Of a DNA stretch of 64,000 bases, positions 36,555 through 49,902 are shown in pieces. Both the position numbers and the translations under genes were made by a program. How positions within the stretch are numbered: position 1 is the stretch's first letter; the number at the start of each line of letters is the position of its first letter. The stretch lies in NCBI GenBank assembly GCA_024137785.1, contig JAHRHZ010000249.1, positions 38,775,282 through 38,839,281 of the forward strand, in the 5' to 3' direction. The notes beneath the pieces are model-generated. The model was not told the DNA's origin, did no database searches, and saw only the letters and a program-made list of their open reading frames with translations. The DNA comes from Ginglymostoma cirratum. Its lineage: Eukaryota.

Positions 36555-38400
36555 TTCGACCGTAAGGCGAAGGGACAGAAATAGACCCTTCAGCCCATTG
36601 AGTCTGTTCCGCCATTCAGTGAGATCATGGCTGATCTGATAATCCCCAACTCCACTTTCCTGTTTTTCTCCCCATAACCCTTGATTCCATAATGGATAAA
36701 AATTGCAGCCTTGAATATACTTAATGACCAGCCCCAACAGCCCACTGCAGTAAAGAATTCCACATTCACTACCCTCTGAGAAAAGAAAGTCCTCCTCAAG
36801 AGAGTGAGCCTTACATCTGTTGTAGGAAAAGTTTTGGAAAGGATTATAAGAGATAGGACTTATAATCATCTAGCCAGCAACAATTTGATTGGAGATAGTC
36901 AACATGGATTCGTCAAGGGCAGGTCGTGTCTCACAAACCTCATTGAGTTTTTTGAGAAGGTGACCAAACATGTGGATGAGGGTAGGGCAGTTGACGTGGT
37001 GTACATGGACTTCAGTAAAGCCTTTGATAAGGTTCCACATGGTAGGCTATTGGAGAAAATGCAGAGGCATGGGATTGAGGGAGATTTAGCAGTTTGGATT
37101 AGAAACTGGCTTTCTGAAAGAAGGCAAAGAGTGGTGGTTGATGGAAAATATTCAGCCTGGAGTCCGGTTACTAGTGGTGTGCCACAAGGATCTGTTTTGG
37201 GACCACTGCTGTTTGTCATTTTTATAAATGACTTGGACGCTGACATAGGTGGATGGGTTAGTAAGTTTGCAGATGACACTAAAGTCGGTGGAGTGGTGGA
37301 CAGTGTGGAAGAATGTTGCAGGTTGCAGGGAGACTTGGATAAACTGCAGAATTGGGCTGAAAGGTGGCAAATGGAGTTCAATGCAGATAAATGTGAGGTG
37401 ATTCACTTTGGGAAGAATAATAGGAAGGCAGAATACTGGGTCAATGGAAAGATTCTTGGTAGTGTGGATGTGCAGAGGGATCTTGGTGTCCAGGTAAATG
37501 GATCCCTGAAAGTTGCCACCCAGGTTGATAGTGCTGTTAAGAAGGCATACGGTGTGTTAGGTTTCATTGGTAGAGTGATTGAGTTCCGGAGCCGTGATGT
37601 CATGCTGCAACTGTACAAAATGCTAGTGCGGCCTCACTTGGAATATTGCATACAATTCTGGTTGCCCCATTAGAGGAAGGATGTGGAAGCATTGGAAAAG
37701 GTGCGGAGGAGATTTACCAGGATGTTGCCTGGTCTGGAGCGAAGGTCTTATGAGGAAAGACTGAGGGACTTGGGTCTGTTCTCATTGGAGAGAAGAAGGC
37801 TAAGAGGGGATTTAATAGAGACCTACAAAATGATCAGAGGATTAGATAGGGTGGACAGTGAGAGTCTTTTTCCTAGGATGATGACGTCGGTTAGTACGAG
37901 GGGGCATAGCTGCAAATTGAGGGGTGATAGATTTAAGACAGATGTCAGAGGCAGGTTCTTTACTCAGAGAGTGGTAAGGGCGTGGAATGCCCTGCCTGCC
38001 AATGTAGTTAACTCAGCCACATTAGGGGCATTTAAACAGTCCTTGGATAAGCATATGGATGATGATGGGATAGTGTAGGGGGATGGGCTTAGATTAGTTC
38101 ACAGGTCGGCGCAACATCGAGGGCCGAAGGGCCTGTTCTGCGCTGTATTGTTCTATGTTCTATGTTCATCTCTGTCTCAAATGTATGAACACTTATTCTG
38201 CGATTATTCTCTCTGGTCCTAGACTCTCCCCCAAAAGGGAAACAACTTTCTACACCTACCTTGACAAGTCCCCAAAGAGTATTATAACAAGGTCATCCTT
38301 ACTCTTCTATATTCCAATAAGTACAGGGTCAATCTATTCAACCTCCTTATAAGACAATCCCTCCATACGTGATATCAGCCTAGTGAATCGCCTCTGGACT
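36555..38400 (-). mobile_element. Older CR1 3' fragment split by the young CR1 insertion
   Basis: MRRTFFSQRVV at 36590-36799; the host sequence resumes at about 38168 (cctcctca|tctctgtc). Confidence 0.75.
36800..38166 (+). mobile_element. Young 5'-truncated CR1 LINE with near-intact RT
   Basis: ORFs 36804-37673 (QHGF, DFSKAFD, GVPQGSVLGP, FADD) and 37683-38078 are in one frame separated by a single stop; ends in (gttctat)n. Confidence 0.95.
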
Positions 38401-39604
38401 ACCTCCAGAACTGAACACAGTTGTGTCCCTCCTGGCTCCCTTAACTGATACCTCCCTTGTCTGTATTTACCAGTTCCGGACAGGCATATTTAAACCTTGC
38501 TATTGCAAAAGCATTTTTACTTATTCTCAGAATTGATTACTGTGGTTCTTACATTGTCGGTGGCACTCATTGATACTCAAATAATCAAATCCAGTTACAG
38601 TCCCAATATGATGCAGAGTACATTATGAAAGTGAATGTGAGAAAATTGTAAATTGCAGAGTTATTACTGGCGAATTAGATTGGCTTACCTTCTGGACAAA
38701 CGTACATTTACATTTTTACACTTGGCTGTTGATGAATTAAATAAAGTACTTTATATGAGACCTTACTATACAGCGCAAAGCAATGGATGGTGAAACAACT
38801 TCTCAATTTAAGGACAAATTAAAGCTAAGTGGAGAATCTGTGGAGACTTCAAATCTTTTCCCTCCTCTTCTTTATTAAATTCTACAGGGAAAAACATCTT
38901 CATGTATTGAAGAATATAAGGAGTGTCCGAATAATGCCATTGCTCTCTTTGACCTTGATGCTTATAATGGTTATCCCAGGAAAAATAAAATAATATAATC
39001 TGGTGGAGAGGGGAAGGAGTGGGAAGGGGGATTAACTGTATGCATCTGCTATATTACCAACCTGTCTGAAAAGTCAACGAAGCAGCTCTAAATCCCAAGG
39101 GGCCAACACGGCTTAGTTCTGTGGCCATAGAGTTGCAGCAAGATCGTTTATCTTTATTTACTGAACTCCAGATTCTGTTTTACAATTGACAGGTTGACAA
39201 AAAACAGTCCAAGAGGTCTTGGCACAGAGATAAATGTTATCCGTGTTAGGGGGAGACAAGGACAGGTTTTAGAGGCCTTCACGTTGAGATAGCCTTTCTT
39301 GGGGAAAAGAAATGCAATAAAACACAAGTAAAAGACTGAAAGATTTCACAAACAATTAAGCTGAGACGTTTGCTTATTTTCCAAACAAATACTTTATTTC
39401 TCTTATTTTTATTTTGCCTCTTATAAAATTGAAAATTACAAATATTGAATGGCGTAGACTCCCAAATCTGAAGGAAATAGTAAAGCAAATTGTTTTGTTC
39501 CCAGTAACATCCCACTTTGGTTGAAATTATCTTCCCAGAACTCTTACATGGGATTACTAATAATTAGCTGGACAAGGAGTCTGATTCACAATTTGCAATG
39601 AATA

Positions 39605-40620
39605 AGAATGTAAGAAATTGAAGCAAAAGTAGGCCATTGGATCCAACATGCCTGTCCTGTCATTCTGTCATGGCTGATCTGCTCCAGGCCTCATAGCCCT
39701 CAACTCTCTGATATTTCAAAAATCTGTCCCCCTCCCCTTTATTTACTTTCATTGATGTACACTTCACTGAGGTTACGAATTCCAGATATCCACTGTACTC
39801 TGCAAGAAGAGTTTCCCTCATTCTGTAACCATGTTCCCTACTTTGAGATTCTCCTATCTGTGGATGCATCTTCTCTAGATCAACCTGTCAAGCTCCTTCA
39901 TGATCTTGTATGTTTCAATAAAATCACTCCTCATTCATATACATTGCCATGAAAAGAGGCCAAACCAGTTTAGCCATTCTTTAGCAGGTATCAGCCTAAT
40001 GAATTTCTTTTATACCGTCTCCAACGCTAGTACATCCTTTCTTCAATACAGGGACCAAAACTGTACACAATCCTCTAGGTATGGCCTCACAAACACACTG
40101 TACAATTGTAACAAGTCTTCCGTATATTTAAATGCCCACCTCTTAGCAATATGGGCCAACATTCCATTTGCATCCTTCGTTATTTGTTACACCCGCATAT
40201 TAACCTTTACTGTTTCCTGAGTAAGAACATCAATGCCTTCATGCTGTACTTTTCTGGAACGTCTCTCCATTTAAATAATACTTTGCCTTTTGATTCTTCT
40301 TATCAGTATGTGTGACCTTGCACTTTCCGACGTGAAACTCCATCTGCCAACTATTAGCTCACTCACTATTGCTCTTGCAGATTGCCAATGATCTCACCAT
40401 AAAAGCCCTCATACCTATTTTTATATGATCAGCGAATTTAGATATATTACACTCTGGCCCTTCCTCCAAGTCATTAATATAGATAATAAATAATTGAGGC
40501 TCTAACACTGATCCTTGTAGCATTCCACTAGTTATATCTTTGCAATCTGATAAAGACCCTTTAATCATCACTCTCAGTGCTCTGTGTATTAACCAATATT
40601 CAATCTATGTTAATACATTA
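39605..40620 (-). mobile_element. CR1 LINE RT and 3' end, decayed
   Basis: GMLQGSVLEPQLFIIYINDL..SKFADH motif. Confidence 0.85.
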
Positions 40621-40627
40621 TCCTACA

Positions 40628-40955
40628 TAGGGTGGCATGGTGGCTCAGTGGTTAGCACTGCTGTCTCACAGTGCCAGGGACCTGGGTTTGATTCCACCCT
40701 CAGGTGATTGTCCGTGTGTAGTTTGCACATTCTTCCTGTGGTTGTGTGGGCTTCCTCTGAGTGCTCTGGTTTCCTTCCACAGTCCAAAGATGTGTAGTTT
40801 AGATGGATTGACCATGCTAAATTGACAATAGTGTGCAGGCTGGGTGGGTTAGCCATGGGGTAGGGGCGTGGGTTGGGGTGGAATGTGCTTTGGAGGGACA
40901 GTGTAGACTCAATAGGCCGAATGGCCAGCTTCCACACTATAGGGGATTCTATGAT
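40628..40955 (+). mobile_element. HE1-like V-SINE, full length
   Basis: A box tggctcagtgg, B-box-like ggtttgattcc, V-domain and CR1-like tail ending gattctatgatt. Confidence 0.9.
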
Positions 40956-41721
40956 TACATTGACCCTTGCTCAGAGGTTAGCTTCAATTTTTCCTCCAAA
41001 GATGTTGCCAGACCTGCTGAGCTTTTCCAGCAATGTCTGCTTTTGTTTTTAACATTTTCTTAAACTGCTCAAAGTAGTTGACCCACTTAATATACTTTAA
41101 GCAGTACTTTTATAATTGAGACACCAGATGATGACAAATGCCTAGTGTCAATCCTCCAGTATAGGTGTCTGTTTTGCGATAAGGTAATTAGTTGATGAGT
41201 AATTAATCAAGTTACACTGGGCTTGAAACATTAACTCCACCTCTGTCCCTCCACAGGCATTGCTAGATATACTCGGTTTTATTTTCTGCTTTATACCAAC
41301 AGTATCCCTCTCTGTTACAAGAGAGAGAAAGAGAAAAAGAGAGAGAGAGAAGTGGTTATGTAAATTGAGGGGCACCACTGCACTGTATGTGCAGGGCAAG
41401 GCAAGTGGCAAGACTCCATGAATTGTCACAGTGGAGTTGAACCCACACCATTGACACTAAGCCACGCCACACACCATCATCTGACAGGCCTACCTGATAC
41501 TCACTGTTTGGGATAACCAGGCAGGTCAGAGTTTATTGATGTGGGCTGTACATGCTTTTATATGCTTTTATATTATTTTCCTCCTCCAAATCAAATTGTT
41601 TTTGGATGGAAAGATTTAGAATGTTCACAGCAATATGAAAAGATAGAGCCACTGCAAGTTTGAAATGACATACATGGAACCAGAAGAAGCAGGGAATATT
41701 CTAATGCATAGCAGAAAGACT

Positions 41722-41935
41722 AATTAAGAACTGCAGATGCTGGAAATCAGAGACAAAATCAGAAATTATTGGAATAACTCAGTGGGTCTGGCAGCATCTG
41801 TGAAGAGAAAGCAGAATTAACATTTCAGGTCCAGTGACCCTTCTTCAGATTAGGTTACTGGACCTGAATCATTAATTCTGTTTTCTCTCCACAGATGCTG
41901 CCAGATCTGGTGAGTTATTCCAGCAATTTATGTTA
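41722..41935. mobile_element. PLE pLTR foldback insertion, family C
   Basis: Arms tctggcagcatctgtg / cacagatgctgccaga with extra tail; minus-strand CUGAAGA-A-GGGUC..GACCU-GAAA core. Confidence 0.8.
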
Positions 41936-42049
41936 TTATTCTAATGAATGTTTATTTAAGTAACTTCTGGTAATATTTGATGAGGTTTACTTTGGTAGAT
42001 TTTAAGACAGCAGGGAAGTGTACTGGCATAAGTATTCTGGTCTTATTTA

Positions 42050-45000
42050 GTCACAAGAAGGGTTTAAAATTGATAAGGTGGAGGTATTGGACAAACTATT
42101 GGTATTTAAAGTTGATAAGGGCTATACGAGATGCATCAAGGAGTTTGAATGAAGAGAGAATGAAAATTGCAGAGGCACTGGCAATAATCTTTCAAACTTC
42201 TCTTAATTTACCATTTCATGCCTGATGATTAGAAAATTATAAAAACTGTGCTCTTGATAAAAAAAAAACACGTTGTAAAGGTTGGCCCAACAAGTACAGA
42301 GCAGTCAGTTTAACATCAGTGGTAGGGATGCAATCAATTATTTGGAATAAAATTAATCAGTCGCAAGGAAAAATCTGGGTTAATTCAGAAGAGTTGGCAT
42401 GGGAATGTTCATGGGAAATTGTGCTCAACTAACTTGCTGTAGATTTTGAAGCAACAACTGAGAGCATTGGTGAGAGCATTGTATATATTCAGTTCCAATG
42501 GCATTTGATACAAAGTCTCATAACAGACTTTTGATTGTTGAGGGAAGAGCATTGGATGTTGTCTACGTGGACTTTAGCAAGGCCTTTGACAAAGCCCTTC
42601 ATGGCAACCTGATACAGAAGGTGAAGACATATGAGATCCGTAGTGAGCTGGTAAGATGGATACAGAACTGGCTTGGTCATAGAAGACAGAGAGTAGCAGT
42701 GGAAGGGTATCATTCTGACTTGCAAACTGTGACCAGTGGTGCTCCATAGGGAACAATGCTGGGACCCCTGTTAATTGTAATATATATAAACGATTTGGAG
42801 GAGAATGTATCAGAGATAGGGTCTAAGCCCGAAACGTCAAGCTTTCCTGCTCCTATGATGCTGCTTGGCTTGCAGTGTTCATCCAGCTCCACACCTTGTT
42901 ATCTTGGAGGAGAATGTAGGTGATCTGATTAGTAAGTACGCAGATGACACAAAGATTGGGGGAACTGGAGATGGTTGCCAGAAGATACGGCAGGATATAA
43001 ATGGGCTGGACACTTGAGCAGAGAAATGGCCCATGGAATTTAATCTGGACAATTGCGAGATGATGCATTTTGGAATGTGTAATGCAGGAGGGAAGTATAC
43101 AGTAACTGGCAAAACCTTTAGAAGCATTAACATCCAGAGGGATCTCGGCGCACAGATCCACAATACCCTGAAAATGGCAACACAAGTGGATAAGGTGGGT
43201 CAAGAAGACATATGGCATGCTGGTCTTCATTGGTTGGGGCACAGATTTTGAAAGTTGGCAAGTTTTGTTGTAGCTGTATAGATGTCAGGGAGGTCACATT
43301 TGGAATGTTGCACACAGTTCTGGTTACATCACTACAAGAAGGATGTGGAGGCTTTGGAGAGATTTCAGAAAAGGTTTATCAGAATGTTGCTGGTTTAAGG
43401 GGTAACAACTATGAAGAGGGATCAAAAGAGGGAACTCGGTTTGTTGTCACTTGAATATCGACGACTGAGGGGTGACCTAATAGGGAGGTTATGCTTCAGT
43501 GAGTCTGGGCATTGGTGAGACTGCATTTTGAGTACTATGTACTTTGGTCACTGTATGTATGGGAAGGACATTAATACTTTGGAAACAATTCAGAGAGGGT
43601 TTATGAGACTAGTACCTGGAATGAATGTATAGCCCTCTGAGGAAAGGCTACACAGTCTAGGCCCATATCCTCTGGTGTTTAGAAGAGTCAGAGGTAGGTT
43701 AATTGAAACATGTAAGTTCCTGAAAGGAACTTGACGTTGAAAGGATGTTTCCTTTTGTGGGAAAATCTGAAACTAGAGATCATAGTTTAAAATATGAGAT
43801 TTAAAACAGAGAATAGTTTTTTTCTCTCAATAGGTTGTGACTCTTTGGAATTCTCTTCGTCAAAACACAATGGATGTAGAATCTTTAAAATGTTTAAGGC
43901 AGAAGTGGATGGATCCTTGATTACCAAAAGGATGAAAGATTTTCAGAGATATGCAGAAATGTAGAGTTATGTATAAAAATAAATAAGTTGTGATCTCATT
44001 TCATGGCAGAATAGGCTCAAAGGGCCAAATGGCTGACTCTTTTATCTTGTTTAGAAGTTCATTTTGACAGAAAACAGAGATTAGTAGTTAATGGATATTT
44101 TTCAGCCTGGTGGAAGTTTAAAGTGGAATTCCCTAGGTATTGGCATTGGGACCGTTGCTTTTCCTGAGATATTAATAGATATAAATGATCTTGATCTTGA
44201 TCTTGCTGTGCATGGAATAATTTTAAAGTTTCTGGGCAGCACAAAACATTGTAGAATTGTAAACTTTGAGAGGTCAGTGTAGAACCTCATAAGGAAATTG
44301 ACAAGCTGAAGAGGTTCAATGTGGAAGTGTGAGGTGATGCCCTTTGGTACAAAGAACATTGAGAGGCAGTATAAAAGTTACTATTCCAAAGGGAATGCAG
44401 GGCAGACACTTGTGTAAATATTTACATAGATCATTGCAGGACAGATAGGGAAATCTGTTGATAATGCATAATGTATTCTAGACATCGTTAAGAGGGACAT
44501 AGAGTACAAGAGCAGGGAAATTATGTTAAATTTAGCTAAGACACTGGTTAGACCTCAGCTGGAATATTGTGTGCATTCTGGGCATTTGTCTTTAGGAGGC
44601 ATGTGAATGAATTGGAGAGAATGCAGAAATGATTTATGATAACGATTCCGGGGATCTGAAGCTTCAATTATTGAGAAAGATTAGACAAGTTGGAACATGT
44701 TTCCTTGGAGAGGAGAAGGCTAAGAGGATATTTGATAGAAGTTTTCAAAATCACAAGGGATATGGTCAGAGTAGATAGGGAGACAATGTTCCCAGTTGTA
44801 AAATGATGGAAAACCAGTGGTCATTGTTTCATAATATTTTGCGAGCGAAACAAAGTGAGATGAGAAAGAGCTCTTTCACATAGTGAAAGGTTTACGTCTT
44901 GAATGCACTGTCTGTAACTGTGGAGACATTTAAGAGGCCATCACATAATTATTTAAATAGAAATAAAGCACAGAGTTATAGGGCAAAAGCAGAATTTGGT

Positions 45001-45260
45001 ACTCAGTTAAAATGCTCAGAAAGCCGGTGACACTTAATGGGCTGAATGGCCTCCTTCTGCATCAAAGCAATTCCATGACTCTGCTGGATCATTCAGTATA
45101 ATAAAACCTGAGTTTTATACAGTATTTTGACCTACAAGGGAGTACAGCGTGTTATGGGAACCAGGTGGAAAAGTGGAGTTAATACGATAATCGGATCAGC
45201 CATGATAGGATTGAATAGTGAAGCAAACTCAATGGGCCATTCCTGTTCCTATTTTTTATG
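42050..45260 (+). mobile_element. Cluster of nested, decayed CR1 fragments
   Basis: Several RT motif sets (DVVYVDFSKAFDK, YADD, MEFNLDNCEMMHFG) and at least three CR1 3' ends. Confidence 0.85.
42810..42903 (+). mobile_element. Minimal PLE pLTR insertion (family A) in a CR1 RT
   Basis: Perfect 15-bp TSD ttggaggagaatgta at 42795-42809 and 42904-42918; begins with about 10 nt of the tail in opposite orientation. Confidence 0.9.
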
Positions 45261-45973
45261 TTATTATGGAAACATGTGAAAGGCACTGGGACCAATACTG
45301 AAGATAAACTCTCTCCAGTGAACTAGCATTGACTGATATTATAGATGCACCTATTGAATTAGTTCACTTGCTAGTGAGGACTAAAACTCTTCTTAGAGGA
45401 CAGTTTAAAGTACAACTATTTTATCAGTCATTTTATTAAAGTATATGAACGTAATTCAGGATTAAGCCTCCCTTTCACAATTATCATCACTTCTGTTTAA
45501 AGATTTTGCCAAGTCTTAGCTCTTTTATTTCTTGATTATGTTTGTTACTTTGCATGATTGCGTTTTAATTTGAAGAAAAAAATCGTGATACTTGATCATA
45601 ATGTTGAGCATGGATAAGATGAATCATAGGCGCTGCACTGTGCTAACATGGGTGAATTTGTCAGGGCTAGAAATAATACAGAGAGTATATAAGTGTCACA
45701 TTAGTAATGATGAATTTTAGTTATTATTGTATAAATACAACAAAACCTCCGTAAGTAATAAAGCCAACATGCGGTACTGAATTATACGTTCATAAGAAGT
45801 CTCCAACAATGCATGGTGAATAGTGAGATAATCAATCTATTATATGAAAAGGCACCCAAATATATTACTTAGTGCCTAATACATTGAATGTCATTAAAAT
45901 ATCTGCAATTATGGAATTCTAATGAATACTTCACATGCGCATCGAATTATAGAATGGCACAACATTAAATTAG

Positions 45974-46358
45974 TCATTTGGTCTGGAATTTCACAGGGTA
46001 GAGAGCAGTTGGGGTCTGACTATTCATTGCCCTCTCTCCTGAAGATAAAGTATTTGCAGATTGACTGAGTTTAATCAAAGTTGCCTTGTTGTTATACTGT
46101 GTTCCAGGCAGCCTTAACAGAGTAAAGTTTAAACTTTCACTCCTCAGTTTCTGGACAATATCAATAGAACCAGCAGTGCTGAATTGATAAGTGCGCACTT
46201 GGAAGGACAAGACCACAGGAGACAGCTAAATCTGGGGTTTTGAACTGGGAGGGATCACAGAGCCGAGGGAGGGATGGGAGGTGGCTAACAGCGGGGGTGG
46301 GAACTTACAAAGTGAGGCTAAGATCGTAGGAGCGGTGTACCTGATGTGTACAGGGTAC
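45974..46358 (-). CDS. Candidate last two coding exons (46358-46309 and 46197-45974) of an unidentified gene
   Basis: cttttggatag acceptor, gtaagt donor, tgtggtcttgtccttccaag acceptor. Phases join to YPVHIRYTAPTILASLLRTYQFSTAGS...TALYPVKFQTK*; CpGs retained. Confidence 0.4.
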
Positions 46359-47099
46359 CTATCCAAAAGTCACTGTCTCACGTAATGTGCTTTAATGGTT
46401 ATGACTTCCAAAGTAAAAGCAAGATACAGTAAGGGTTACATGACTCTGGCAAGGCTCAAATATACAAGATATGCAAAGGATACAAAGTACAAATGCATTT
46501 CACCAAACAACCCCAGAAAAAAAAAAACAAAGAATTTCAACATACTATCATATGCAGTTAGAACTTACCTAATATACATGGTCAAAAAAGAAAATGATCA
46601 TTCATAAAGAAATCTATGATCATGAATGAACAAAAACTATTTGTTCATTCTAATTTGTCCCATTTTTGTCTGTCTTTGTACACATATTTTATCTATAATC
46701 TCTAAAGCATACAGATCATTTGTTGGCACATGTTTGAGTTGGTGTTAGCAGTTTGTCTGGCTTTGTTCCTGGGGTTATGTACCTTTCTTGGGGAGTGCTT
46801 AATCCAAGCAAAATACTGGATGGAATCTTGTACAGAAGCTATAGTGAGAATTATGGCAGATTCATGCAGGAAATCAAAAGAGACCTGTTGCAATGTTGAG
46901 CATCTTGCTGTATCTATTTTGCAACTGCCAAGCAGCAAAGCAAGTGTTAATTTGCCAATTAATGGGGGTTATTGTTTATTAATTGCTGTATTAACAGCCC
47001 AACGTGCCTTGTCAATATTCAGAATCATAATTTACCAAGCTAGACATCAACAGTTCTTGACATGGAATTCAGAGTGGGTACTTGACGACTTCAGCTCAC

Positions 47100-47780
47100 C
47101 ACTGGCTGATACAGACCTTCACTGAGTACCAATGGCTCAAGGCATGATCCATGGGCACATATAGCTTATGTCCATGGCAATTGACATCTGACATGAACTA
47201 GTCTTTAAGAACCTGGAGTCACACCTCTGATTTCCATGCTTTTGTACTTCAATGCTGCACTTTTGGCTGCGCTGGCAGCCAACATTGTAATGTTGCAGCA
47301 AAGTCACTATGTACTCAGGGTCATGCAGCCAGCTCAAGGACTGCATCTCAGGGCTGTCATAATGCTCACTCATTTTGAGCCCATCTGGATTCTCGCGGCA
47401 CTCTGCTGTGCCTTGCCTTGCCTTGCCTTCTTGCACTTTGCCCCCTCATGCAGAAATACCAGGGTCATATTATTTTTGTCTTGCATCGTCATTTAATGCA
47501 GGCACAAAACCAGGAGGCTTGCAATGTTTGTTGGCCTGACCCACATACTGTGTCAGTGCGGCAAGTCAAGTGTACTCTTTGGTTCCTGTCCAGGGGCTTG
47601 GACATAGTCATTCAGACACTCTGGGTGGTCAGAGTTAAGAGGCTGTCCTGAGAAGAGGTGTGGGTCCAACAGTCGGCCAGCCCACCAGGATATGCAGGGT
47701 TAGTATTGTTAGGTGTTGGAGTGGATGACAGCAAGTATTAAAGATATTGCTGGCAGTAGTGAGGGTGGTAGGACATTGCT
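47100..47780 (-). mobile_element. PIF/Harbinger transposase remnant, highly decayed
   Basis: Minus-strand GLKM...PEYIVTLLQHYNV resembles GxLKxRF...PxxxxxIVVxCxxLHN. Confidence 0.4.
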
Positions 47781-48220
47781 CCTTAACCTTCTCTGATACA
47801 AAGTGAACAACATCAACCGGCTGACCTGCCGTGCATTTCTATTTTCATTATCAGCAAAATACGTCTCATCATTCCACATATTTTTACTAAGCTTAGAACA
47901 ATATTATTCTGTTTCTGGGCGTAATGTGAGGAAAGGCTCAGGCAAGGGAGATGGCCTCTGATTGCCACGTTTGTCTCCAACCCCACCTGTATTGTAAAAT
48001 ATTGTAAAATTGAAGCCAATGTCTCCTGTATCAATGTAACTTACTAATGTGTAATCAACTGCATCTTGTTAATAATGGGAGACACTTCTAGTTAGACCAG
48101 GAAGTGGTATCCTCGACCACAATAGACCAGGCAGACCCTGCAGTTTTCTATACTTAAGGAGAATGATGGCAACAAGCTTCATCACAAAAGCAACAATTTA
48201 GTGAGCTGGCCTGCTCATAC

Positions 48221-48379
48221 ATTTTTGGCAGAATCCATGAGGACCGATAACTAAAGGGTGTAGCCGTGATGGTAGGTTATCCCATGGTGCCAGCTTAAAG
48301 CATTAGTGATAGTGCCGTCGGAATCTGTGTCTGAGTTCCACACTTCCTCTGTTCCATGTTTCATTTCTGGCCCGACTGG
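48221..48379 (-). other. Candidate exon (159 nt) with stops in every frame
   Basis: Strong acceptor gttccctctccacttacag, gtatga donor, CpG retention. Frames end PVGPEMK...HHGYTL* or SRARNETW...RHRFRRHYH*. Confidence 0.3.
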
Positions 48380-49672
48380 CTGTAAGTGGAGAGGGAACAC
48401 ATCACCATTCTTAATAAAGAATCAACCCAAAGAAAATATGAAATTTAGTCAGCTTCCCACTTGGCATAGCTCTTGATTCCCACCATCATGGTGAAAATGC
48501 AGCCCAACATTTCACTGTTGGAACTTCATAACACTCTGTTCAAGGAGAAAAGAAATATTTCCCCAGAGATCTTCTTGCTGCCCAGTTAAATGTTAATGTT
48601 GTGTTAGGATGGTTGTGAGTCAGGTTATCAATCTGATTTGCTGCTTTCGTGTTGATGCCCATGTGAAAGCATTTCGTATTGATGGAAAAGTGACAACATA
48701 ATTACATGATTAATCATTTGGGAAGGCAGTAGAAAAATTGCACACAGACTTTTAAATTGAGGCCAGAATTAATATAATGCTTGATGCCCATAAATAAAAA
48801 AGCACGTTTTAAATATCAGTTTATTTTGATTGTCGCAGACAGATTATGGAATAAATGGGGATATAAAATAGCAGTTGCTATTCTGCTGTTCTGCTCTGAT
48901 AAAGGAACCCAGCTGACTTGTTAACCGTTTGACCATTTTCTTTTTGATGCCGTCCCTGTTTCCTTTTTGTCTGGAAAGCATGCTTTTTTTTTCTGTTCTT
49001 ATCACATAACAATGGTTTTGGATGTATTTTGTGATTTTTTTGGAATAAATAGGAGGAAAACCAACGAGAAAAGAGAAAAATCAGTTTTGCATTTTAAAAT
49101 ATCTGATCAATATCTTGAGCCTCTCAAGAGGACCCAGGGTGATCAGATGAATACAGGAGTTTTTCTTTTCCCTATTACACCTGCACATGACCTGCAAAGT
49201 GTCTTAAAAAGTAAGTAAACAACATTTTCTCTAGTTTGATGACTGGTGCCATTACTTACGAGAAATCATTCCTGTAAAAATGTTTTAAGGATGTAACAGC
49301 AGCGAGCAGCCTTCAATGCAACTTGGGTCAAAGACCCTTCGAGTTGTTGAATCTAACTCATGGGTCATCACATTGTAGCAGCAGACATCAGCTATCTTAG
49401 CCATTCCAGGCTTATCATGGGCAACTTAAAAGCCAAAACCTTTTTGAATTATCTGTAAAACTTGGCAGAAATTCCAAATTAGGGATATGAAACAAGCAAT
49501 ATTTCCTTGTAAATGGTGATGATCTGATATGAAATAGGAGAGTTTCTTCTTCAGAAAACCTGAATCATGTCAGGATGCTCAATGTCCCAACATATGATAT
49601 TCATCAAGTGTTCTAGGTGTCTCTGTTCTATCTTCCAGCTTTCCATCAGAGCCCTGTGTTAACGCACACCCA

Positions 49673-49902
49673 TAAAAACCGAAAGAACTGCAGATGCTGT
49701 GAATCAGGAACAAAAACAGAAGTTGCTGGAAAAGCTCAGCGGATCTGGCAACATTTGTGAGGGAAAAAGTCCCGCATGTAAACTGATGTTTTCCCAGCTG
49801 CCATTAGTTCTGAGGAAGGGTGACTGGAGTGAAACATGAACTCTGTCTTTTTCTTCACAGATGCTGCCAGACCTGCTGAGCTTTTCCAGCAACGTCTATT
49901 TT
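49673..49902. mobile_element. PLE pLTR foldback insertion, family C
   Basis: Arms gttgctggaaaagctcagc / gctgagcttttccagcaac; TSD tgttaacgcacaccca / tgttaacacataccca at 49657-49672 and 49903-49918. Confidence 0.85.

Noticed and set aside
40628-40700. tRNA-like sequence with A and B boxes
   Set aside because: It is the head of an HE1-like SINE, not a tRNA gene.
49773-49808. Spacer of the family C foldback as another local capture
   Set aside because: No nearby source was found by eye; it is more likely internal PLE sequence preceding the pLTR.
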